Shown here one piece after another: positions 1 through 12,768 of a DNA stretch of 64,000 nucleotides. Made by a program: the position numbers and the translations under genes. The DNA comes from the human T2T-CHM13v2.0 reference genome, Homo sapiens: NCBI RefSeq assembly GCF_009914755.1, contig NC_060947.1. The stretch is one strand, 5' to 3'. The notes below the pieces were generated by a model. The model did no database searches, was not told the origin of the DNA, and saw only the letters and a list, made by a program, of their open reading frames with translations. The first letter of the stretch is position 1; each line of letters begins with the position of its first letter.

Positions 1-27
1 GTATAGATAATTTATCATTTACGAATA

Positions 28-372
28 CAGTCATGCACCACATAATGACGTTTCAGTCAACAATGGACCACATATACAGCGGTGGTTCCATAAGATTTAA
101 AAATTATATATTTACTATACCTTCTCTATGTTTTAGACACGTTTAGATACATAATACTTATCACTGTGTTACAATTGCCAACAGTATTCAATATAGTCAC
201 ATGCTGTCCAGGTTTGCAGCCTAGGAGTAATAGGCTCTACTATCCAGCATAGGTGCATAGTAGGGTATACTGTCTAGATTTGCGTCAGTCACTCTGTGAT
301 GTTCCCACAATGATGAAATCACCACCTAGCAATGTATTTCTTAGAACATATCCCTATCATTAAGTGACAGTT
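28..372 (+). mobile_element. Tigger3a (Golem_A/MER7A)-type non-autonomous DNA transposon
   Basis: Begins TA|CAGTCATGCACCACATAATGACGTTTCAGTCAAC and follows the recalled Tigger3a consensus to ...CATTAAGTGAC. Confidence 0.85.
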
Positions 373-429
373 GTTTGTTTCTTTCCATCTTTTAGATTTT
401 ATTTTTTTCTCTTTATTTTTCTGCTGGCT

Positions 430-700
430 ATGACAGATACCAGATACTATAGTGTGGTAGACATGGTAGCAGGCTTCTTTTTTACCCCTCGTGATTTGAA
501 AGGAAGATTCTTCGAGTTTGACTTTTGCTACAAACCTTTTAAAGCTATTTATCAACTTAAGGATAGTCTACTCTATTCCTAGCTTTTTCAGAGGATGTTT
601 TTTAAGATCATAGATTAACATTATTAATTTTTTCTGCATTTGTTGATAGATGTATATAGGGTTTCCTCCATAAGTCTATTAATGAAGCCAATTAAATGGA
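430..700 (-). mobile_element. Degenerate L1M ORF2-region fragment
   Basis: Antisense L1-like motifs such as TTATCAACTTAAGGATAGTCTACTCTATTCCTAG. Confidence 0.5.
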
Positions 701-945
701 TAGATATTCTTACCTTGAATAAAAGAATTATCCCATAACCATTAATGGTTAAAAATCTTCCCACAAAGAAACGGTAGTCACAACAATTAATAGATGACTT
801 TCTCTAACTATTTAAAGAACAAATATTTCAATCTTATAAAATACCTTTTAGGGAAAAATAAGGACAACACACTAACAAACTACATCAGGCTAAGATAACC
901 TTGGTACCTAAAGCAAACAAAAATATTGAAAAAATTAGCATCTAT

Positions 946-1392
946 GAGCCCATTTATATGAAATATCAAGAATAGATAAATCCACAGAGATAGCAAAATA
1001 ATGGTTGCCAGGCATTGAGAAGATAGTGACTGCTAATGGGTATAAGACTTCTTTTGGGGGTGATGAAAATGCTCTAAAATTGATTAGAGTAAGGCCTGAA
1101 TAACTGTGAATACACTAACAACTATTGCATTGTATACTTTATTTTTACAAGTTATTATTTTTTATCATTACTTTTTAGGGACAGGGTCTCATTCTGTCCC
1201 CCAGGTTGGAGTGTGGTGATGGAATGATAACTTACTGTGACATTGAACTCCTGGCCTTAAGCAAATCTCCTGCCATGGGCTCCCAAAGCACTAGGATTAC
1301 AGATGCAAGCCACTGTGCTTGGCTACCTTGTACACTTTAAATGGACGACTAATGTTGTATATGGGTAATATCTCAATAAAACTGCTTTAAAA
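946..1392 (+). mobile_element. L1MB/L1MC-type 3' UTR end, split by an Alu monomer
   Basis: CCATTTTATATGAAATATCAAGAATAGATAAATCCACAGAGA ... GGGGGTGATGAAAATGCTCTAAAATTG ... ATATCTCAATAAAACTG. Confidence 0.75.
1141..1324 (-). mobile_element. Old Alu monomer (FAM/FRAM/FLAM-like)
   Basis: T-rich tail, then GACAGGGTCTC...CTCCCAAAGCACTAGGATTACAG...GGCT; TSD-like TTGTAYACTTTA on both sides. Confidence 0.85.
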
Positions 1393-2529
1393 GTGTTATC
1401 CAAAATCGCTCATGAACATAGGTGCAAAAATCTTAAATACAATATTTTAAAAACTTATCAGCAATATATAATGAAAGGTAACACATCAATATCAAAGGTG
1501 CTTCAAAGTTAGAATGTCAGTTACTCTAATCTACTCCATTAACAGATTTATGGAGGAAACCCTATATATTCTTTATCTAGAAAATTACAGACAGATGGTG
1601 AAAAACACTGAAGAACAGAATTTAGGGACAAAACAACATGTTCTTCATTAGAAAACTTAATATCATAGATCTGTCAATTCTCACCCAGTTGGTCTACAGA
1701 TTCAATGTAATTCCAATAAAAATTTTGACAGATTTTCTGAGTCATGCATGCCATACTTATTAAAAACTTACATGGATGTTTTCTTCTTTTCTTATTTTTC
1801 CTTTCCTTTCCCTTCTTTCCTCACAGAGGTAGCATGGCCAGTGCCCAAAGTATGATGATGACAATAAATACAGGCAAATATTTGCATATACACATGGAGA
1901 TCAAGTAACAAATCCTAATTGTGGAGTAGGTGACAAGGTAGTTCATGAAATAGAAGACACAAATGGCCAATAAGCCAAAGAAAAAGTGCCAAGTTTCATT
2001 AGTAAACAGAAAAACAAAATGCAAAATGCAGTTTAAATTTATAATGAGCCATCTTTTTATATCCAGTAGAGCATGAAAAGTTAAGAAGTCTATTAACATC
2101 ATCTATGGGTGAGGATGTGAAGTCATAGAAACTCCCATAGCCTGTTGGTAGGGGTAAAAATGACTTTGAAAGTGATTCGATATTACCCAGCAAATTGAGT
2201 TTGTGTATACTCTACAATGTAGCCATCCCAGCTATTCCACTTCACCTCCCGCCCCTCCATGGGGTATCATACCCCAGAAAAGGAACTTTGGTATTTCTGC
2301 ACCAAGACACTAATTGCAAATGTTTGTGAGAGTAAAATTGTTAATAGCAATGTTCTTAAGATTCTTAGAAATTCTTTTGTCTAGCTGAAAGAATCTATTT
2401 ATTCTACAGCACATTAAATCTTTCAGTGATTTTAACAAAGTTTCCTAGAAACACAGTCTTGATTTTATTTTTATTGCCAGGCCACTTTTTTTTTTTTTTG
2501 AAAATCTGTTACTAGTCGAAGAAGCTGGA

Positions 2530-2695
2530 TGTCTTAGTTTGTTTTGTGTTGCTATACAAGAATGCCTGAAATAGGGTAATTTATAAAGAAAAGAGATTTA
2601 CTTGGCTCACAATTCTGCTGGCTGGATCACTGGGCATCTGGTGAGGGATTCAGGATGCTTCTACTCATGTGCAGAGATCACACAAAAACAGAGGA

Positions 2696-2740
<45 letters not shown>

Positions 2741-2936
2741 GTGCCAGGCTGTTTGTAACAATCAGTTCCCATGGGAACTAATAGAATGAGAAGTCATCCA
2801 CCCCCAACCACTGAGGGCACTAATCTATTCATGAGGGATCTATCCTATGACCCAAACAACTCCCAATAGGCTTCAACAGCAACATTGGATCAAATCTCAA
2901 CATATGGTTTGGGGGACAAATATCTAAACTATAGTA
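2530..2936 (-). mobile_element. MaLR solo LTR, MSTB/MSTC-type
   Basis: TGTCTTAGTTTGTTTTGTGTTGCTATA...GGGGACAAATATCTAAACTATAGTA; perfect 5-bp TSD CTGGA. Confidence 0.88.
2699..2739. repeat. (GA)n microsatellite inside the MST LTR
   Basis: Directly visible. Confidence 0.95.
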
Positions 2937-5424
2937 CTGGAGATGAAAAACAGATTTATTTTCCAAGTGAAGCCTGGCCCCTATACTGTCTTTTAAAATT
3001 CTACTTGGAAAGTATCTGGTTCCTTCTCTACCTTGACTCTTCTATCATACTCAGTTAAAATGAACCAACAGACACTTTCAACAATCTTTTTGCTTTGCAG
3101 GAAAGGAGGTATTTCAATGACTTGGGGCTATCACATCATTAGTATTTTTAATGAGCAGACACATAAGTAGAGTATTTCAGTAAAGTGTTAAAAAATAAAC
3201 AATGTATGCTCCTGTGAAGGGGATGGCTACTGTACCTCCAGTGCTGATCACACAGGCTTTTCTGAAGCATAGTCTGAGCAAAGACCATAATGGTGACTTG
3301 AGTGCAGCCATATGAAACCAGCAGGGCCAGCACCCCATGTGATGGGAGCAGTAAGTGCAAAGGCCTTGTGATGGGAACACACTGCTGTGCTGAGCAGCAG
3401 AATAAGGGCTGGCGGGTCAGAGTGCAGAGGCCAGAGAGGAGAGCTGTGAAAAAAATGGACTGTTGCCCATTAACTTTGTAAACTCTGGAAAACAGGATAT
3501 TAGGTTGCATTTGCAAGGCTGCATGTAAGTTAGGTACTTCTTAAATGGTTTTGGTGTGTTATGTTCACCAAAATAATACTAATACTGGGGATGACTCATA
3601 CTAAACAAGGCTGAGTTATGCTGACCCTAGATCAAAATTATGAGGTGAGTAAAGTTTGTGTTGACAATGCCTCTCCTGCACTTTCTGCTCCCCATTTCCC
3701 CGTGCGTCATACCTTGCAAGATACTCCTGCATTTCCTGTTGTGCTTCTCACGTCCGCCAGCCCTATACAGATAGTGGCATCCCCCAAAGATTAATCCACT
3801 CCTATCCAACACACTCAGCTGTGAATCACTACTGTCTGTGGTGGTCAGAAACACCATAGACATGTGAGTTCATGCAACAATCTTCCCTTTCTGTTCCCCA
3901 TCAGACATTTGTTCTTTGAAAGAGAACTCCAGGATGGAAAATGTCTCAGCTATATGATAGATTTAAACTTTATAGCATCAATGGAGATTGTCCCCGCTGC
4001 CCCCATTTTCCACCTCCAACCCCTGCTATGGTTAGATATCCTAACTGAGCATATATCCATGAGGTTGTTCATTAGTGCTAATTAAGGAAAGGAAGAGAAT
4101 GGTCGTTCAGCAAAAGGAGAGTTGTTTCTCAGTATTATTCATTATGTTCTTTTGGAAATTGCATGAGATGGTGACTAACCTATGTGTTGTCTCTAATTTT
4201 TCTCTGCTTCCTACACTAGATGTCACTGTGCAGCTCATTATTAATATAAGTAGCCTAAGGAAACTCTTCATAGAGAAATGGAAACTTTTTAAAATTTTTT
4301 AAATCACAAAGGATCCCTAACATGGTAGCACCTGAAATGCAAGCGATCTGCTCAGCTGGCTGCCATTCGGCATGGAGACAGCTCATTTCCTCTACATGAA
4401 TTACCATTAGTCTACCCCAGTGTAACACTAAGAAGACTTATCAACAACTTGAAATATGTTTTTATGTCTTTTTCCCATTTGCATACCTGTCAACCTGATA
4501 CAAAGTGAGAATTTGGGAAATGCAAATAGCCTACTCATGAAATTTAATGATGTGCACATATGCTCTATTTTGATACATTGTAAAAATACACCATTCCCTG
4601 GATGCTTAAAAAATAATGTCCTCCCCTGAAGATAATGAAGCTTGGAATAGAGTAAGGACCCCCACCTCACCTACTTTGCCTTTTCTTGCCTCCTGTTTTA
4701 GTTGCATCATAAACCTTGAAGTCAGAAATGTGTTTAGTGTGTTTTCAATAGGTAGGATGGCCAACAACTCCAGTTTGCACCAGACTGAGAAGGTTTTAAA
4801 ACCAGGAGGAGTTGGTCAACCTGCTAACGATGGACACCACAGAGATTGGCTTGCTTGTATTATTACAACCCATTACCCCCATTTGAGAACACCTCTGCAC
4901 ACACAGTCTGAACCCTGAGTTATTTTTGCTTAAGAACCAAGCACAAGACAAGGAGTGTTATTCAGCCTATAAGGATTTTTAAATTCTACCAGAACTACAG
5001 GTTTGAGTCACTAGTAGGCACCCAGAAGAAAAAAATATTTTCCAGGATGCTCTCCAGAAGCAGAACAATTTGGCTATGTCTAAAGTTTTAACAAAAGTGA
5101 CTACAAAAATGGAATGACTTGCATAATTTCTAAAGGGCATACTGTAAAAATTTTTCAGAGACTCTGATAAGATAAATATGGTGCCATCCTGGCAAGGTAG
5201 ATGTTCCTGTATTAGATAAGAGGGTTAAGTTTTCTGGAAAAAAAAAGCAAAGGAATAATGAGATGCATTGATCTAAGATAACAACTCTATAGTATATAAT
5301 GCAAGCAATTACACTGATTCCAAAGGTATTGTTTTGATGTGGATCTAAAAACAGATTCAAAATAAGGTTATATTATTTTTCTCAAATGAAGAGCAAATCA
5401 GCAAACTGCTTTATTAGAGTATCA

Positions 5425-5560
5425 GGAGAGGATGAGGAGGAGGAAAAGGAGAATAAGGAGGAGAGGAGGAAGAAGAAGAGGTGGAGGAGGATGTGGAGGA
5501 GGAGCAGGAAAGGAAGAGAAGAGGGGAGAAGGGAGGGGGAGAAAGAGAAGAGGAAGAAAA
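5425..5560. repeat. GA-rich low-complexity polypurine tract (degenerate GAG repeats)
   Basis: Directly visible; explains ORFs 5382-5564 and 5386-5655. Confidence 0.9.
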
Positions 5561-5571
5561 TCATGACATCT

Positions 5572-5640
5572 CTAATCTTCTTTAATCTTCACAACTGCCC
5601 TATGAGGAATGAATTTTTGTCTCCATTTTATAGACAAGCA
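5572..5640 (-). mobile_element. MIR fragment
   Basis: TTTAATCTTCACAACTGCCCTATGAGG...CTCCATTTTATAGA core. Confidence 0.7.
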
Positions 5641-6054
5641 ATTCTGTTCTTATAATTGCTCAACTTTGCACAGGCAAGGAAGCCAGAAAAGTTTTGAAAG
5701 CAACTCTCTCTGCCACAGGAAATGCGACATTTCACCCCCGCTCCTTACTGTATCTAGAGTAGCAGTCAGGCGGTTCTCACTCAGGAATTAGGTCCTGCTC
5801 CAGGACCATTATCCTTGGGAGTCATTTACCTGACTACTGATTATGAGTACCTGGAGGATCACTCTGCTTCAGTAACACAGCTGTCATCTTTCATCTGAAG
5901 AGTTTGTTAAAAAAAATAGTAAGTTGAAAAGAATAGAATTCACACTATAGAGTAGTTTCTGCAGATTTTATAAAGCAGATAAGAGAAGAAAATAAAATAA
6001 TGTAGAAAAGTCCCACCAGAAGAAATCAATGCCAAGGAGAATCTAATGCACTGA

Positions 6055-6330
6055 CTATGTGCAAAGATACTGGAGAGGGATGTTGAAGTTCCCTGGGGCT
6101 AGGATCTCTGGTAAACAGTTCCTATGTCCAGAGGTGAAGTGGCCATGGATAGAAGTGGTTACCAGATCCATGCAGCACCTGTGTCCCAAAGGCAGTCTCC
6201 TGCCTCCTGCCAATCTCCTCCTAGAAGCCAACAGGAAGTCAGCTAGCCAAGGCCCACAGATGTAGTCCACTGGAGTCACTTCCTGAGGGTACAGAGAGGA
6301 TGGAGAAGGGTGGAGGCACATCTGGCAGGC
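6055..6330. mobile_element. Old MaLR/ERVL LTR fragment (MLT1K/L/M-like)
   Basis: GAAGTGGTTACCAGA and GCCAACAGGAAGTCAGCTAGCCAAGG resemble old MLT1 consensus. Confidence 0.45.
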
Positions 6331-7419
6331 TATGGAAATACAACCATGACCAGCTTGGCCTAACCTCCTTTACTGATTCTGTTGGGTTCTCTGATTTGCT
6401 CATATTCCATCTGGCTCTAAATGACTTTTGTCACTGGGGCTGCTACGCTCCTTGAAAGACCTAGTTGCTCATTCTGCTTACAGAGTCTCATAGTTCTACC
6501 TCACATACACAAGTTTCACCAGCACAACACCAAACACCTCCATCCTAATTACAGCAGATTCAGGAACTGAAGAAAGTCTGACAATTCTGAAAAACATATT
6601 TTAAAATATTCTATTTTGGCCTGTGAACTCAGCTACATAATTACTTCTGAAAATGCTGTGTTGGCACCGTGGTGGAAGGGAGTTTATATAATCCATTGGC
6701 TCTAGGCTGGAAAAGATATCTTTGAGGTTAGCGTTTTCTGAAAGACGCTCCCAAGATACTCAAAAGCAATTTCCTCTAGAGCTGTTCCCAGTCTCCCACT
6801 TTTCAATGTTCATATGGTTAGAGGAGATGAGTTAAAAGTCATCTGCCCACCAGTCTGCAGCATCACAGTTTAACTCTTCCATTCCCACACACCAGTGGGA
6901 GATCCAAGAGTTGCAGAGTGGGCTGAGCTGTCCAGTGGCGTCAGGCAGGTGCATTTGGAATGAGATCCCTTACCAAGCATCACACCTCCATAACAAAAGG
7001 TAACTTAGCAGTCTGGTCTTCCCTGTCACTTAGAAAGAAATATCTTTTGTCAATAGCTGGTGTTTTAAGAAACATTGGTGAAGAACTAATGTGGATTAAT
7101 GATGGCTGCATAGTTTTGTATTATCATTATAGTTTTGAGTGACACTGTGCTCTAGGTGTGCTTTCTTCACAAACTGAAAAATTAAGAAGCAATGGAGAGG
7201 AGTGCATTACAAACATGCAGAGACTGCTATACTACAGCTATGCCATGCTTAATAAAGCAGGAAACTATCAGATAGGCATAGTCCTTTCTCTGTAAAATAA
7301 GCAGCATATCTGAGGACATGCTACTCTAACTCAAGGATTACATATGACCGAGGGCCCAGGCACTTTGTGCTCTACAGTCACGTCTGCACCAGACCTCTTG
7401 CAGCTGAATGCAGCAGGGG

Positions 7420-7934
7420 TGCTGGGTAAGCTGAATAATGCCTCCCTGCCAAGATATTCATATCCTAATCCCCAAAACCTAAGACTATGTTACCTTACAC
7501 AACAAAGGGGCTTTGCAGATGTGATTAAGCAAAGGCTCTTATAATGGGAAGATGACCCTGGGTTGTCCGGGTGAGCCCAATGTCATCACAAGGGTCTTTG
7601 TGAAGAGAGGCAGAAGGGCGAGAATGAGAGATGAAGATGTGAGGATGAAAGCAGAGGCCAGAGAGAGACAGAGAAATGGGAAGACGCCATGCTACTGGCC
7701 TTGAAAATGGAACAAGGGAGCCAAGAAGTAAGGCATGCAGGCAGCCCCTAGAAATTAGAAAAGACAAGGGAATGGATTGTCCTCTAAATGTCTAGAAAGA
7801 ACATAGCCCTTGATTGTAGCCCAGTGAGACCCATTCCAGACATCTGACCTCCAGAACGGTCAGATAATAAGTTTGTCTTGTTTTAAGCCACCAAGTGAGA
7901 GAATTCGTTATAGCAGCAGCAGGAGGCCAAGACA
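7420..7934 (+). mobile_element. MLT1D solo LTR
   Basis: GCTGAATAATGCCTCCC...GGCTTTGCAGATGTGATTAAG...GACCTCCAGAAC...AAGCCACCAAG...AAGACA. Confidence 0.88.
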
Positions 7935-8410
7935 GATGTTTTTCTCAATCTCCCTTATTTTGCCCCTGTCTAAAATACCATGAGCCCCCTCCTCCTTTCC
8001 CTCTTCCTTAGATATTTCTTCCTGGCATAAAGCTCTATGAGCTGGCTCATCAAGCACAGTTCTTGAAATACTAAATATGTAAATAAGGAATTCAGAGTTT
8101 TTATTGTCTGGGTCACAAGGCTACTTTCTAGTTGCGAACCCCTAAAACCTAACATTACCCTGATACCACCCCTTTCCTTTCTTCTATAAGAGAATGAACC
8201 TTCACTCACACCATCATCCCTACCCAAACAGAGGATGCCCCTGAGAGAGCTACAGGAAAGACTGCTCAAAAATGAAAAAGAGAACCAAAGAGGAAAAAAT
8301 GGAATATTTTTACAGTATAGTCCCTGTTACAAAACTACCACCTGCCATATATTATTGCTGTGTCAGTAGTAAATTAAAGTTTTTGTCCTTAAGGAGCTTA
8401 TAGCTGAGGT

Positions 8411-8937
8411 CAGCACTTTGAAAACTTGAGTTCAGCAACAGAATCACAGGGAGAGCTTGTTAAATGGACAGATTATCAGGCGCCACTCCCAGAGTTTGTG
8501 ATTCAATAGGCGATATGGCTTGGCTGTGTTCCCACCCAAATCTCATCTTGAATTGAAGCTTCCCTAATTCCCACATGTTGTGAGAGGAACCTGGTGGGAG
8601 ATAATTAAATCATGGGGGCAGTTTCCCCCATACTGTTCTCATGGTAATGAGTAAGTCTCATGAGATCTTGTGGTTTTATAAGGGGAAACCTCTTTTGTTT
8701 GGTTCTCATTCTATCTTGCCTGCTGCCATGTAAGACATGCCTTTCAATTTCTGCCATGATTGTGAGACCTCCCCAGCCACGTGGAACTGTGAGTCCGTTA
8801 AACCTCTTTTTCTTTATGAATTACCCAGTCTCTGGCATGTCTTTATCAGCAGTGTGAAAATGGACTAATACAGTAGGTCTGAGGTGGGGCTAACAATCTG
8901 CATTTGCAAGATGCTCCCTGGAGATATTGGTGCTGTC
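8411..8937. mobile_element. MER5A (hAT-Charlie), split by the THE1C insertion
   Basis: CAGAATCACAGGGAGAGCTTGTTAAA...GATTCAATAGG resumes as GTAGGTCTGAGGTGGGGC...AATCTGCATTT. Confidence 0.8.
8511..8872 (+). mobile_element. THE1C-type MaLR solo LTR
   Basis: GATATGGCTTGGCTGTGTTCCCACCCAAATCTCATCTTGAATTG...TGGACTAATACA; TSD ATAGG/GTAGG. Confidence 0.93.
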
Positions 8938-9781
8938 TAGTGGGAGAGGCAAAAGGCAAGCCCGACGATCAAAATCACAACATGATGCATGGAAGCTCTA
9001 TCGGAGAGGTACAAGCAGGCAGTTCCAGGCAGGGAGAACAGGGAGAATCCCTCACAGCTGGAGACTGTGAGACAGTGGGGAGTGAGACAGGGCATTGTGG
9101 CATCATGACGTTGCAGATGACCCTTAAGAGATTCTAAGAAAGGAGACACTTCCAGCTCCAGCAAAGGGCACACCTGGCAAAGCAAAGGCAGGCCGTGTGC
9201 AGAATCTGGCTAGGAAACAGCCCACAGACCTGCCAGCTGGCCACAAGGTGTGTGAAAGAGGTTCCAAGTCTGGGAACCCTGAGGAGTTGAGGCCTGGTTA
9301 ATTCACTTGAGCTCCAATTCCTTGTAATTTCATCCAACAATCCCTTATAACAGGCTGTGTGCAAGATGCTAAGAGGACTGGGAGCAAGAACTGGTCCCGT
9401 GAGAGTTTGGAATCTGCTTGTGAAGAAGAGGAATGGCTTGGAAGATTTCATTCAGGAAAAGATAGGATGGAGACATTGCTTTTGGCAGCAGTCAGAATTG
9501 GGGCCAGGACCGAAGGTGAGGTCACACACACAGGGATGAGAGACTGGCACAGAGCAGCGGCAAGAAAAGACATCAAAAGTTTGATGACAGATGGTTCAGC
9601 CCAGGTCAGAAAGACAGTGTTTGAGTAGGTGGAGGGGCTGGGAGGGCCAGGGTTGAGGATAGGCCGCTGGGTCCAGCAGGGCCAGTGAGTCAGCTCATCG
9701 ACTCTATGCATGCAGCCTGAGGGAGCTGTGGGTAGGGCTGTAGCAGGTGCTTTGTCTTTTCCAATTGATCCTGGCTCCATT

Positions 9782-10128
<347 letters not shown>

Positions 10129-10734
10129 TAAATTAGAGAACATTTTGATGATGTTTTACTAGGAGCAATGGAAAATATTATATATTTATTTCTAGGGCCA
10201 GACTCCAATATTCCTGGAAGCTCAATCATTAGAAGTAGATAAACAGCTGTTGGCATTTTTCTTTATTCTATCAGGAGAGGCAAACCTCATTTTTGGAGGA
10301 TAGAGTTTCCATATCAGGGAAACAAAATATCTGAATGGACCATTTGGATATGTAAAGGGAAAGCCTAAATGCTATTCTCAAACGGAGAAATGCAGAATAA
10401 CAAGGAGTTGAGCAACTTTGCTTATTGACATGAGTAATTTTAGCCGCTGTGGACCAACGTGTGGCTCCAGAGAGACTATTAAGAGGCTGAGAGTGGAGAG
10501 GGGAGGACTCTTTGCTCTCTTTAAGGAAGACTGAAAAGGGATCCTGAATTCCTACTGGTGGCATGAGATGAGGCTCTGGAAAATGGTGGCAGGTCAGGGA
10601 GTAGGAGGGAGAAGGGTGGAGTAGATGGGCTTGGGAAGCCTTGGTTCATGACACATGACATATACACTGTTTGTAATTCCCTTAGGCCAGCCTCACAGCT
10701 CAGGGAAGTTCATCTAGAACATGGATGAGTATAC

Positions 10735-11432
10735 CAAAATATAGACTTAGATGTACACAATATAGGTGCAAGTGCAGGTGCAGGTATAGTTATAGATAGG
10801 TTAGTAGATGGAGATGTATGAATAGTTACAATTGTAGCTGTGGGCATTGACATAGCCATAGGTTTAGGTGCATGTATAGAGGTAGGTGTAAACATACATG
10901 TATTTAAAAATATAATGTTAAGTGTAGGTATAGGTGTATGCTACGACCTGAAGGTTTGTGAACCTCCCCAAAATTTAAATGTTGAAATCCTAACCCATAA
11001 GGCTATGGTATTAGGAGAGGGGGCGCCTTTGGAGGGCGATGAGATCATGAGAGTACAGCCCCATGAATGGAATGAGTGCCCTTATAAAAGGGACCCTAGA
11101 GAGCTCCCTCACCCCTTCCACCATGTGAGGACACAGGGAGAAGGTGCTGTCTGTGAGCCAATAAGTGGGGCCTCACCAGACACCAAATCTGCTGGGGCCT
11201 TGATCTTGGACTCATGGCCTCCAGAATTGTAAGCAATAAATGTCTGTTGCTTATAAGCCACCTAGTCTATGGCATTTTGTTATAACAGCCTGGACAAACT
11301 AAGACAGTATAGGTGCAGGAGTAAATGTAGGTATAGTTGAAGTTATAGTCATAGTCACAGACAAGGAAAAATAAAGTTTTAGAAATAGATCTAGAAGTGG
11401 GTATAGACATAGACAGATATAGATAGAAATAA
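10735..11432. repeat. Degenerate hexamer (GTATAG/GTGCAG-like) tandem array, split by MLT1A0
   Basis: Six-base periodicity visible at about 10735-10938 and 11307-11432. Confidence 0.75.
10939..11306 (+). mobile_element. MLT1A0 solo LTR
   Basis: TGCTACG...GTTGAAATCCTAACC...CCATGTGAGGACACAG...AAACTAAGACA; near-TSD GTGTA/GTATA. Confidence 0.9.
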
Positions 11433-11801
11433 AGACACCAAGTGTTTCCCGTGTTCCTTTTTCTCCCTGAGCAGGCTCACCCTGGGACACATGCTGAGCA
11501 CTGTTACAGGGTTCCTCTGACCCACATAATGTAATGGTGAAGAAGGACAAGATGAGTGTTGTGGCCTACCTGGCGTCTATACACCTATACGCTTCGTTAG
11601 CAAACAGCCTTGTTTCCACAGACATGAAACAAAAACAAATATTTATTTTAAAGCACAACATATGCCCCAAATTCGTTTTGGTCCCAATTCTACTGGCCAG
11701 CTCTAATTAGTCATGATGTTCATTAAAGGTGAAAATTGTCTCTTGTCTAACTTTCCAAGAATATTGAACTATAAGTTATTTAAAGGCATATTAAAAATCA
11801 G

Positions 11802-11815
11802 GTAGCCATGGCAAC
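11802..11815. promoter_or_regulatory. Candidate RFX X-box
   Basis: GTAGCCATGGCAAC, one mismatch from the palindromic GTTGCCATGGCAAC, in unique DNA. Confidence 0.45.
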
Positions 11816-11963
11816 CAGCTGTCATGACACAATGCCTTTGTTTACACAGTACCTCAACAAAGAGTTGTAGAGTGATCTTGGCTTATTAAACGATTTCACA
11901 ATGAGCCATTTTGGTCATTGCCTGTTCAGTTCAAAAGCAAAAAGCAAATTTTGAATTTTCTGA

Positions 11964-11968
<5 letters not shown>

Positions 11969-12012
<44 letters not shown>
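11969..12012. repeat. (TA)n microsatellite
   Basis: Directly visible. Confidence 0.97.
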
Positions 12013-12017
<5 letters not shown>

Positions 12018-12341
12018 TTAATGTTACCACCACTTTAGGAAATAAAATCTGCAGCTACATGATTACTCTATACCTTCTACTGTAAGAGTAAATAGACTTA
12101 GAATAATACTCAAGTTAATGTCAATTTTAAATTCTAAAAAAATATAAATAATTCATATTTCTAAGACCTGGTAAAAATTATTTCTCTACGCTTATTTTGC
12201 TTACATAAATATAATTGATCATGTGGACTCTCAGATATCATATATACTATATACACTGACTATTTTATTAACCTATGTTCCCCAATTCATTCCAATAAAA
12301 TTAAATGGGACACTTAATTTACGTTTTAAACACTGGGTACC

Positions 12342-12718
12342 TACTATGGCCTGAATGTGCCCTATAAAATTTACGGTCAATGTCATATCGTTAAGAAGTG
12401 GGCCTTTAGGATGTGATTGAGCCACGAGGGTGGATCCTCATAAGACAACCTTATAAAAGGGCTGGAGGGAATTAGCATTCATTTCTTTTTCCCTTCCACC
12501 TCCCACCATATAAAAACACAGCATTTGTGCCCTCTGCAGGAGGCAGTGACAAGGCACCATCTTGGAAGCACAGAGTCGCCCTCATCAGAAAACTGAATCT
12601 GTCAGTGCCTTGATCTTTGACTTCCCAGCCTCCAGAACTGTGAGGAAATGCACATTTCTTCTTTATAAATTATCCAGTTTCAGGTATTTTGTTCCAGCAG
12701 CACCAACAGACTAAGGCA
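12342..12718 (+). mobile_element. MaLR solo LTR (MSTD/MLT1A1-type)
   Basis: CTATGGCCTGAATGTG...AAGGCACCATCTTGGAAGCA...CCAGCCTCCAGAACTGTGAG...GACTAAGGCA. Confidence 0.85.
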
Positions 12719-12768
12719 GCACTCGATTTTAAAAAAATTGAAATTCACCTACAAAAAGTTTATTTTCT

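Larger units (their letters stand above)
735..2350 (+). mobile_element. Degenerate L1M(E) ORF2 fragments, interrupted by an L1MB-type 3' end and an Alu monomer
   Basis: AAAAATCTTCCCACAAAGAAA, CTACAGATTCAATGTAATTCCAATAAAAAT and CAAATGGCCAATAAG resemble sense L1 ORF2. Confidence 0.6.

Noticed and set aside
5382-5655. Charged or hydrophobic low-complexity ORFs
   Set aside because: Translation of the GA-rich tract
8602-8612. DUX4 site in THE1C
   Set aside because: Reads TAATTAAATCA, deviating from TAAYBBAATCA at position 6; weaker than the other candidates
10710-11232. Mucin-like or Gly/Ile-periodic ORFs
   Set aside because: Products of the hexamer repeat and the MLT1A0 LTR
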